DNA of 19,900 nucleotides from Candidatus Hodarchaeota archaeon (GTDB taxonomy: Archaea > Asgardarchaeota > Lokiarchaeia > Sigyniarchaeales > SOKP01): contig JBHLJY010000033.1 of assembly GCA_048887225.1 (NCBI GenBank), positions 1 through 19,900 of the forward strand, in the 5' to 3' direction. The translations under genes were made by a program, and so were the position numbers. Below the pieces are notes generated by a model. It was not told the DNA's origin, did not search any database, and saw only the letters and a program-made list of their open reading frames with translations. Below are positions 8,595 through 16,331 of the stretch, in pieces. Positions within the stretch are counted from its first letter, which is position 1, and every line of letters begins with the position of its first letter.

Positions 8595-9424
8595 AAAAAT
8601 TGATAAATAGTCATTTAATATTAAGTAAAGAGGATAAAAAAACTGTAGAAATAGATGCATGTCCAAATGGAGAACCATTAATTTATCAAGATTTAAATGA
8701 AGAAATTCACAAAGCTAAAAATAACGGATATGATAGATTAATTTTGAATAATGTTTGTGGACAAAGGTTCATTGCTGCCTCTATACAAGGAGATATTGAA
8801 ATTATTATAAATGGAGTTCCTGGAAATGATTTAGGTGTTTTTATGGATGGCCCTAAAATTATTGTCAATGGGAATTGCGAAGATCAAACAGGAAATACAA
8901 TGAATGATGGTTTTGTGATAATTGACGGGGATGGCGGGGATGTCATTGGCTTATCTGCAAGAGGAGGTAAAATCTATGTTAAAAAAGATGTTGGCTATAG
9001 AGTTGGAATTCACATTAAAGAATATGAACTTAAATACCCAACTATAATTATTGGAGGAACAGCAAAAGATTTTTTAGGAGAGTATATGGCAGGGGGTATG
9101 GTAATAGCTCTTGGTCTAAGATATTTACCTAATGGTACTGTGGCTGAAACTGATCAACCGATATGCGGTAATGAGTTAGGTACTGGGATTCATCGAGGTA
9201 AAATTTTTTTAAGAACAGATGAGGATTTAACACAAAAATTAGGAGTAGGAGCAAAAATTTTTGAAATTAATGAAAATGAGAGTAAAGAAATCGAGGTCTA
9301 TTTGAGAGAGTTTTGTGAGATTTTTAATATTCCATTTGAACTCATGTGGGCTAAACCGTTTAAAGTAATTAAACCAATTTCAAAAAGACCTTATGGTGGC
9401 AATTACTGTGGACAATATATATAG
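8591..9424 (+). CDS. gltB3: Glutamate synthase GXGXG beta-helix subunit (GltB domain 3 / FwdC-like)
   Basis: GQRFIA, GVPGNDLGVFMDG, GNTMNDG, RGGKIYV, VGYRVGIHIK, DFLGEYMAGG, GTGIHRG. GTG start overlaps the gltB2 stop (GTGA). Confidence 0.9.
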   Translation: MKKLINSHLILSKEDKKTVEIDACPNGEPLIYQDLNEEIHKAKNNGYDRLILNNVCGQRFIAASIQGDIEIIINGVPGNDLGVFMDGPKIIVNGNCEDQTGNTMNDGFVIIDGDGGDVIGLSARGGKIYVKKDVGYRVGIHIKEYELKYPTIIIGGTAKDFLGEYMAGGMVIALGLRYLPNGTVAETDQPICGNELGTGIHRGKIFLRTDEDLTQKLGVGAKIFEINENESKEIEVYLREFCEIFNIPFELMWAKPFKVIKPISKRPYGGNYCGQYI

Positions 9425-9478
9425 TAAAATCTTAATTTAATTCTAATTTAAAATTTTTTTCCAAAAGCAATTTATAGT

Positions 9479-11011
9479 TTATTCATGCATTATTCTTGAA
9501 TTTTTTATTGAATTTTCAATTACGGCTAATTTATCAACTGATTTAAGAGGATAGTCTCCTGTTAAACATGCCAGACATAATTGATCTTTTCTTAATCCAA
9601 TTGATAGAATTAAATCATCTATCATTTGATATATTAGTGTATCAGCGCCTAGCATTTTTCTAGTCTCTTCAATATAATCCTTTCCAAATAATTTCAGGGA
9701 TCTACTAGCAATTAATTCATCCTTAGAGGGAAAATCAATCCCCATATAGCATGCGCTTATAATGGGAGGGCAACTAATTCTTAAATGGACAGCTTTTGCA
9801 CCGCCCTTTTCTTTTAACAAAGAAACAATTTGACTTGTAGTTGTACCTCTCACAACGGAATCATCAATTAGAATTACTTCTTTCCCCTGAATAACACTTC
9901 TTATTGGATTTAATTTTTCCTTAACAGCTGCCTTTCTTCGTTTTTGACCTGGCATTATAAAAGTCCTCCAAACATATCGATTTTTCATTAATCCCTCAAC
10001 ATAAGGTAATCCAGCTTCTTTTGCGTAACCTACAGACGCACTACGACCTGAATCAGGAACAGGAACTACTATGGCATTTTCTTTCATATTAGAGTCTAGC
10101 AAATATGGATCTCGTTTTGCTAAATATTTGCCTAATCTAAATCTAGCTTCAGCAACAGAAACTCCATCAATAATGGAATCTGGGCGTGCAAAATATACAA
10201 ACTCAAATTGACATAATGCTCCTCTTTTTTCTTTTAAAATTATTTCAGAATGAATATTTTCTTTAATGCTTAAATGAATGATCTCTCCAGGTTTAACGTC
10301 TCTTAAGAAAGATCCACCGACTGCATCAATAGCACATGATTCTGAAGCAATATAATACAAATTTCTTTTCTCTGTTTTTGACTCACCAATACATAAAGGC
10401 TTAAATCCGAGAGGATCTCGTATAGCATAAATATCGCCTTTTGGAGTCAATAAAATTAAAGAATATGAGCCTTCAAGATAATTGCTTGCTTTTTTTAAAA
10501 CTTCTGCCCAATCTTCTGTTTCTAAAGCAATTGATGCTATTAATTGACTAACAACTTCAGTATCTGTATTTGTTATAAAAACTCGCCCCATTTCATTTAA
10601 TTTTTCTTTAATCTCATCATAAACTGGTATCGTTCCATTGAAGGCTAAAGAAAATTCAAGCACATTATTCTTAAAATGATAGGGTTGTATATAATCAGAT
10701 GATGAGAATTCAGATGCCCCTGTGGTTGCATATCTATTATGTCCAATTCCAATATTGCCCCAAAAATGAGATTGAATTTTTTCATTTAAAACTTGAGAAA
10801 CTAATCCTTTCTTTTTATAAGTGAAAATTTTACCACCCGTTTGAAATATCGAAATACCAGCTGATTCTTGCCCTCGGTGTTGTAAAGCAATTAATCCTTG
10901 ATACAATAGTTGAGATACAGAATAGCTAATATCATCACAAATAACCCCGAAGACAGCACATTGCTCTAAGAGCTTATCTCTCGTATTATTATTTTTTTTT
11001 TTTAAATGCAT
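9479..11011 (-). CDS. purF: Amidophosphoribosyltransferase (Fe-S type, with N-terminal propeptide)
   Basis: EQCAVFG, LQHRGQESAGI, GHNRYATTG, RDPLGFKPL, CQFEFVYFARPDS, VPDSG, PRPP motif IDDSVVRGTT, CYMGIDFP, CLACLTGDYP. Confidence 0.97.
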   Translation of the reverse strand: MHLKKKNNNTRDKLLEQCAVFGVICDDISYSVSQLLYQGLIALQHRGQESAGISIFQTGGKIFTYKKKGLVSQVLNEKIQSHFWGNIGIGHNRYATTGASEFSSSDYIQPYHFKNNVLEFSLAFNGTIPVYDEIKEKLNEMGRVFITNTDTEVVSQLIASIALETEDWAEVLKKASNYLEGSYSLILLTPKGDIYAIRDPLGFKPLCIGESKTEKRNLYYIASESCAIDAVGGSFLRDVKPGEIIHLSIKENIHSEIILKEKRGALCQFEFVYFARPDSIIDGVSVAEARFRLGKYLAKRDPYLLDSNMKENAIVVPVPDSGRSASVGYAKEAGLPYVEGLMKNRYVWRTFIMPGQKRRKAAVKEKLNPIRSVIQGKEVILIDDSVVRGTTTSQIVSLLKEKGGAKAVHLRISCPPIISACYMGIDFPSKDELIASRSLKLFGKDYIEETRKMLGADTLIYQMIDDLILSIGLRKDQLCLACLTGDYPLKSVDKLAVIENSIKNSRIMHE

Positions 11012-11468
11012 AATATCTTTTTGTATGAGAGAGATATTTTAATTATTAAAAAATAATTTCAATTAAAATAAATGATTTATATTTTATAATAATTAGTTTA
11101 ATAGAGTATTAATCCGCAACTAAAACATTATTTCGAAAATATTATATTGATTATATTCATTATATTTTAATGAAATTTATTATTTTCTCTAATCAAATTG
11201 AGGAAATATTGTATCTACTATATTTTGTGCTAAATTAAATACTCTTGTACAAATAGATATGTTGTATATGGCCATATTTTGTTATTTTTATTAGTTGTCG
11301 AAATGTTTTATAATTTAGAAATTCTTTTTTCTGGTTTTTTGTATGATTTTCTCAACGAAAAATCTATACTAAATAAAATAAAATCTATTAAATATACAAA
11401 ATAGATTTATATTTTTCATTAATTTATTTTAGATTAATTTCTTTGAAAATTACTAAATAACAACGAAT

Positions 11469-12701
11469 ATGGCTAAGGAAGAGAATTTATATGAGAATAG
11501 AAGCCAACAAGAGGCTTCAAAATTTCTTAAAGTTATAATATTTTTACTTTTTGGATTTGGCCCTGTAATGGGGAATGTCATTTTAGTTTTATTTGGAGTA
11601 CTTTCTAAAGAATTCAATGTTACACCGAGTAATATATTAATTGCAATCCCCGCATTCATGTTTCCTTTCTCATTTATTCAACTTTTTTCGGGTGCTATAT
11701 CCGATGTTAAGGGTCGATTTCCCGTTATTTTATTTGGATTAGTAGTATTCGGTATGGGAATGATTATTGCCGCAACATCTTTATCGTTATTAATGTTTGT
11801 AGTTGCAAATATATTAGGAGGGTTTGGTTTTGGATTTGTTAATCCAGTTTTAATAGCTTTAATAACTGACATTTCTAAGGGGCCTGAGATTCCTAAGAGG
11901 ATTGGTTATCTTGGAGCTGTAGCTAATCTTGGAGTTGGATTAGGTCCTTTATTAGCTGGACAAATGATTGTAGTTGGATGGCGTTATCTTTATGTAATTT
12001 TTGTCTTAATAACTATTTTTTCTTTTATAGTATTAATTACTATAAAACAACCTCCTCAAAAAACAGATAAAAACGCTGGTCTCCGTTTGTTTTTTACACA
12101 CCTTCATAAAGAAATACGCCGCCCTCTTGTAATTCTAATGATATTGTCAGCATTTTTAACATCACAAACTTATTTAGCTACGTTGATTTGGAGTTCAAGA
12201 GCATTTACAGGAGCTGTAAATGAAGCTGTTGTTGGATTAATTCTTTTTATTGTGGGAGTTGTTGCTGCAATTTCAGGAATCGTGGGAGGACATCTTATCA
12301 AGAAAAAAGGTGTAGGCATTGCTTTATTTCTTGGATTGCTATCATTATTGATTGGAGTCTCATTGTTGCTTATCTTAGGTGATATTACTCATTCCAAATT
12401 ACTTATTTATGTTGCAATAGGTCTGATAATCGTGGCAGTCGCAGGAGGAATGCTTTTTCCTACTGTTACATATTATAGTCAAATCTTTTCTCCAGAACGG
12501 CGCGGTGCTCTTGCTGGGTTGGCAACAGCAGGATATTTTATAGGAATTGCCTTAGTGCCCTTGACATACACCCCCTTCTTCAATTTTGGAGGGATAACAG
12601 CAGTTTATAGGGGAATCCTTATGGTAACAATATTACTCATCTTTTCTGTGGGATTGCTTTATATCTTGGTAAAACGCCAGCATAAAATTATTTTAAATTA
12701 A
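11469..12701 (+). CDS. MFS transporter (drug:H+ antiporter-like), substrate unknown
   Basis: About 12 hydrophobic segments; motif A GAISDVKGRFPV; motif C-like LGVGLGPLLAG; second-half ERRGALAG. Confidence 0.88.
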   Translation: MAKEENLYENRSQQEASKFLKVIIFLLFGFGPVMGNVILVLFGVLSKEFNVTPSNILIAIPAFMFPFSFIQLFSGAISDVKGRFPVILFGLVVFGMGMIIAATSLSLLMFVVANILGGFGFGFVNPVLIALITDISKGPEIPKRIGYLGAVANLGVGLGPLLAGQMIVVGWRYLYVIFVLITIFSFIVLITIKQPPQKTDKNAGLRLFFTHLHKEIRRPLVILMILSAFLTSQTYLATLIWSSRAFTGAVNEAVVGLILFIVGVVAAISGIVGGHLIKKKGVGIALFLGLLSLLIGVSLLLILGDITHSKLLIYVAIGLIIVAVAGGMLFPTVTYYSQIFSPERRGALAGLATAGYFIGIALVPLTYTPFFNFGGITAVYRGILMVTILLIFSVGLLYILVKRQHKIILN

Positions 12702-12716
12702 TTTAAAGTAGTAAAA

Positions 12717-13259
12717 ATGCAAAAATACGTATTGAAGTGGCAAATTTTAGGAATTATATTTATATTCTTTCTTGGAGTTATTCTACATTTTTTATTTGAG
12801 TGGTCAGGCTCTTTTTACCCCATTGGTGCAATAGCTGCTGTAAACGAGAGTGTATGGGAACATTTAAAATTAGGATTTTGGCCATTAATATTCTTCGCAC
12901 CTATTGAATACAAATTTATAAAGGAACAAATAAACAATTTCATATTGGCAAAAACTATCGCTGCGTTTATAATTCCAATTTTTATCGTTGTAGTTTTTTA
13001 TTCGTATACAGCGATTCTTAGAATTGAATTATTAATAGTTGATATTCTAATTCTTCTCATCGCTATTGTAATTGCCCAATTTGTTAGTTATAAAATTTTG
13101 ATTTTGAATCAATTTCCGAAATATGTTTCAATCGCGGCTTTGATTGCGATTATCTTTTTAGCTTCTTTATATGTAATTTTTACTTATTATCCTCCTCATT
13201 TGCCTATCTTTCAAGATTCGCAGACAGGTCTATATGGGATTACAGCGCATACGCATTAA
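12717..13259 (+). CDS. Membrane protein, DUF6512-like
   Basis: HFLFEWSG...AVNESVWEHLKL signature and C-terminal FTYYPPHLPIFQD; several TM helices; starts 15 nt after the MFS gene. Confidence 0.7.
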   Translation: MQKYVLKWQILGIIFIFFLGVILHFLFEWSGSFYPIGAIAAVNESVWEHLKLGFWPLIFFAPIEYKFIKEQINNFILAKTIAAFIIPIFIVVVFYSYTAILRIELLIVDILILLIAIVIAQFVSYKILILNQFPKYVSIAALIAIIFLASLYVIFTYYPPHLPIFQDSQTGLYGITAHTH

Positions 13260-13321
13260 AATATCGTGTATTATTTGATACGTTAGTATCTTTCTTACTT
13301 GTAATGAAAGAAAAGATGAGT

Positions 13322-14296
13322 TTATATATTAAATGAAGTAATAACATCTCCTATTTTAAGAAAAATTTGGTAGTTTCTACCATATTTTTCCCTAAACATA
13401 ATAAATTTCTCGGAAGTTTTATAGGCGAGCCACATAAATTCACGAAAATGAGGATTCGAGTTCTTATTAAGAGCGTCAAATATAATTTCGTCCTTAGATT
13501 TTAATTTTTCTTCACACTTTACCTCAAACCATTCTACATAATCGGCTCCTTTGATTTCATACCAATAATCATCTTCTCTATAATCATTTATCTCTTTTTC
13601 CCATTTATTGAGATTTTCGGTTATATCATATATATTACCGTCGATATTAAGCACTACTTGCTTATTTTCAAAGTCGTGCATTATTCCAACAATGAAATCG
13701 AAAATAATTCCATATTTATTTACTAAGTTTTTTAGCCAAGATGAGAGAGAAGTTTGTAAGTTAGCATTGATCCATTGTTTTGGAGCAGTTTCCTTTACAA
13801 ATTCTTTTGGTGAAATGAAATCTTTCTGCTCCTTAGTTTCTATTGTTCTATCCCCTATTTCTAATTTATCTTTACTATCTGCGAATTCTTCTTCCATAAT
13901 CTTTCTAAACTCGGGATCCTTCTTCTCAAAAGGTATATCTTCAGTTCCAGTATATATGTCTGAAGAATTTTCATTTTTAGAAAGACTGAGAAATGAGACA
14001 ATTGCATTCAAGACCTCGACAACGGAATTATCTTCATAGCTAACTTTAAAATCTCCTGTGTCGAATTCATTTAAAATCTTTTTTAATTCGGGTTTAGCTT
14101 CTTCAATATCAATTTCCTCAGTTTCAGAACTTATATCAGGTCGAAGAAGTTTTTTATAAAGGCTAAGGAAAGAAACAATGGCATTTGAAACTTTAGAAAT
14201 TGAATTATCTTCAAAGCTTACTTTAAGATTGTTATTTTGAAATTTTTTCTTAATAGGCGATTCATCACGTTCAAAATGTCCTGATCTTGAAAACAT
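13322..14296 (-). CDS. Hypothetical protein with a tandem 59-aa N-terminal duplication
   Basis: 324-aa open frame, acidic and soluble; internal repeat KVS(F/Y)EDNS...NAIVSFLSL. Confidence 0.75.
   Translation of the reverse strand: MFSRSGHFERDESPIKKKFQNNNLKVSFEDNSISKVSNAIVSFLSLYKKLLRPDISSETEEIDIEEAKPELKKILNEFDTGDFKVSYEDNSVVEVLNAIVSFLSLSKNENSSDIYTGTEDIPFEKKDPEFRKIMEEEFADSKDKLEIGDRTIETKEQKDFISPKEFVKETAPKQWINANLQTSLSSWLKNLVNKYGIIFDFIVGIMHDFENKQVVLNIDGNIYDITENLNKWEKEINDYREDDYWYEIKGADYVEWFEVKCEEKLKSKDEIIFDALNKNSNPHFREFMWLAYKTSEKFIMFREKYGRNYQIFLKIGDVITSFNI
13889..14242 (-). repeat. Intragenic tandem repeat, 2 x 177 nt (59 aa)
   Basis: aa 25 KVSFEDNSISKVSNAIVSFLSL...PELKKI aligns with aa 84 KVSYEDNSVVEVLNAIVSFLSL...PEFRKI. 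Confidence 0.85.
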
Positions 14297-14430
14297 TACT
14301 TATCCCATGCAATTTTTTTTTAAATTCAATTCTATAATTATCATTACGAAGTAATTTAAAGAAAAATACATATATTATGAACATAATATCTGCTTAGTTT
14401 CTAAGAGTGAATCTTTATCAGGAGTAAAAA

Positions 14431-14742
14431 CTAAAGAAATTCTTCTTTTAATATGGATATTAATATTTCTTTTTCTTCATTACTACATTTTTTTAAATCA
14501 GTGCCAAGAGAACTATATAAATCTGGAGGAGCTGAACGGTTAAATAAAGATAATACAAATACAAGAGCATTTTCAACAAATGCTTGATCATTGCTTTGTC
14601 TCAGTATTTTCATTAAGCTAATAATTGATTTGTTTTTACAATCTTCCAGTTTCTGATAATCATGTTTATTCCTTAAGTAACAATCAATAATCTTATTATA
14701 ACAATTTGACTTGTCGCTAATCATAGAATTTTCTAAACTCAC
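14431..14742 (-). CDS. Small hypothetical helical protein (GTG start)
   Basis: 103-aa ORF filling the gap between neighbours on the same strand; no recognised motif. Confidence 0.6.
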   Translation of the reverse strand: MSLENSMISDKSNCYNKIIDCYLRNKHDYQKLEDCKNKSIISLMKILRQSNDQAFVENALVFVLSLFNRSAPPDLYSSLGTDLKKCSNEEKEILISILKEEFL

Positions 14743-14932
14743 TTTTAAATTTCAATAAATTAAACTCTTTAACTTTCTATTGAAAAAATGTTATATTATA
14801 CGAATATGATATCCATATATTATTAGTTAAAGGATTCTGGAAAATCGACAGATTTCGCTAAAATTTATTAAATTTTTTCTTAGATTTTAATCTTTATTTG
14901 GTTTAAAAAAAAGGAGATTTTTTTTATTATTT

Positions 14933-15610
14933 TTACTTTTTAGATTTTTCTAATTTCCATGCACCATAACCCACAATGATAAAACATATTAACGTGGCAA
15001 TCGTTCCAATTTTCTGACCAATCACCATTATAGTACGATTCGCTGCCAATCCCACTAAACCCATCATTGAAATTATGAAATAGACGATTGTAAAAACGAT
15101 AAAGAGATACGTATATTGTTTTGGAAACTCTTTATTCAAGTATAATGTTATGGAATAAGATATACCCATAAATATCATAGATGAATACCTTATATAAACA
15201 AATACCATATGCAGCCCAAGGAGAATATCAGCAGGGGTAAATACTATACCAATTAACGATATTGAGGCAATGATTCCAAATATAGAACCAATGATGCCAG
15301 GCGTCTTTTCTGATTTAACTTCATTAAATAAGTATAGCAATGCTAGAAAGAAAGGAATTAATGAAACTGACCAAATGCATAATGCAATGGTAAAAAGTAC
15401 CATTGAAATTGTATTTGGTTTCCCCGAATGAGCAGTAATTCGACCTAAATCGCTAATAGTATTACCCCAAAACGAATAACCCTGAATATCAGGATTTTCA
15501 GGAGTCCCGCCTGTATAAAATAGCATTGCAATAAAAATTAAGACTGCAAATTGAATGCATCCAAAAATTTCAAAAAAATAAGCTTTCTGTTTCCAATTTT
15601 TTAGATTCAT
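14933..15610 (-). CDS. Membrane protein, DUF998-like
   Basis: About six TM segments; YSFWGNTISDLG motif after TM1 and a His in LLGLHMVF. Confidence 0.65.
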   Translation of the reverse strand: MNLKNWKQKAYFFEIFGCIQFAVLIFIAMLFYTGGTPENPDIQGYSFWGNTISDLGRITAHSGKPNTISMVLFTIALCIWSVSLIPFFLALLYLFNEVKSEKTPGIIGSIFGIIASISLIGIVFTPADILLGLHMVFVYIRYSSMIFMGISYSITLYLNKEFPKQYTYLFIVFTIVYFIISMMGLVGLAANRTIMVIGQKIGTIATLICFIIVGYGAWKLEKSKK

Positions 15611-15635
15611 ATAATTTTAACTTCATATTTTTTAA

Positions 15636-16127
15636 TTATATTTTTTTCTTTTCTTGTTCCATTAATTCTATAAATGAAGTCCCTTCTTTAATGATATTCA
15701 AAATTAGATGAGTATTTGTGTGTTCAACGTAAGGTTTCGAATTGATTTCTTTTACAATCTCACTAAGATCTTTTCTTGTCTTAAATCTTGCTAAAATAAG
15801 TGCATCATATGTACCTGTGATATCATAAACACCGTAAACATTTGGAATTTTTGCAATATCTTTCTCTACCTCCAACATTTTACCCTTTGAAATTGTCAAT
15901 TCAATTAATGCGACGATATCATATCCCAATCTCTCATAATTAATATCTACTTTAAATCCATTAATAATATTCTTCTCTTTTAGCTCTTCTACATGTTTTG
16001 AGACTGTTGTCGGCGAATACTCTAATTCTCGACCGATTTCTCGAAACGATTTTCGGCAATCTTCGCTAAGCTTTTTTAATATCTCATAATCTGTTAAATC
16101 TAAATTTTGTAGATTTATATCATTCAT
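15636..16127 (-). CDS. Lrp/AsnC (feast/famine) transcriptional regulator
   Basis: HTH LDLTDYEILKKLSEDCRKSFREIGRELEYSPTTV; linker INYERLGY; RAM domain VYDITGTYD...HTNTHLIL. Confidence 0.95.
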   Translation of the reverse strand: MNDINLQNLDLTDYEILKKLSEDCRKSFREIGRELEYSPTTVSKHVEELKEKNIINGFKVDINYERLGYDIVALIELTISKGKMLEVEKDIAKIPNVYGVYDITGTYDALILARFKTRKDLSEIVKEINSKPYVEHTNTHLILNIIKEGTSFIELMEQEKKKI

Positions 16128-16150
16128 TATTTAATATATGATCATTCAAA

Positions 16151-16158
16151 TATTTAAA
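16151..16158 (-). promoter_or_regulatory. TATA box (TTTAAATA) of the Lrp/AsnC gene; likely leaderless transcript
   Basis: Reverse complement of tatttaaa lies about 24 nt upstream of the ATG at 16127. Confidence 0.55.
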
Positions 16159-16279
16159 ATTATTTACATTGTCCAGAAAAATTTTCAAGACTGGCAGAAT
16201 GATCAGTTTACGAATTTTCATAAATTTTTGCCTGGTCATTTGTCCATTATTATAAATTCATATCCCATATATGATCACA

Positions 16280-16287
16280 TTTAAATA
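16280..16287 (+). promoter_or_regulatory. TATA box (TTTAAATA) of glnA
   Basis: Consensus archaeal TATA; predicts a transcription start near 16310, upstream of ATG 16332. Confidence 0.55.
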
Positions 16288-16331
16288 CTATTATGGTTTA
16301 TATGATCATAAAAAAAGAAATATTGATTGAT

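Larger units (their letters stand above)
16139..16308. promoter_or_regulatory. Array of six helically phased TGNNCA operator-like sites
   Basis: TGATCA 16139, TGTCCA 16170, TGATCA 16200, TGTCCA 16241, TGATCA 16272, TGATCA 16303. Three share the 10-mer TATATGATCA. Confidence 0.65.

Noticed and set aside
5877-9424. N-methylglutamate synthase (MgsABC) with GlnA as gamma-glutamylmethylamide synthetase
   Set aside because: Those proteins are homologous, but GltB2 here carries the N-terminal ferredoxin domain of archaeal-type glutamate synthases, GlnA keeps canonical GSI motifs including PGFEAP, and no N-methylglutamate dehydrogenase genes are present. Not formally excluded without phylogeny.
8591-9424. 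Formylmethanofuran dehydrogenase subunit C (FwdC)
   Set aside because: Same GXGXG fold, but it is translationally coupled to gltB2 and no fwdA/B/D genes are present.
13608-14039. 143-aa plus-strand ORF
   Set aside because: Antisense shadow of the 324-aa gene; Ser/Phe-rich composition as expected from reverse-complemented Glu/Lys codons.
14804-14818. ATATG-ATATC-CATAT inverted repeat upstream of the 103-aa ORF
   Set aside because: Arms are only 5 bp and AT-rich, and the spacing differs from the TGNNCA motif; likely chance.
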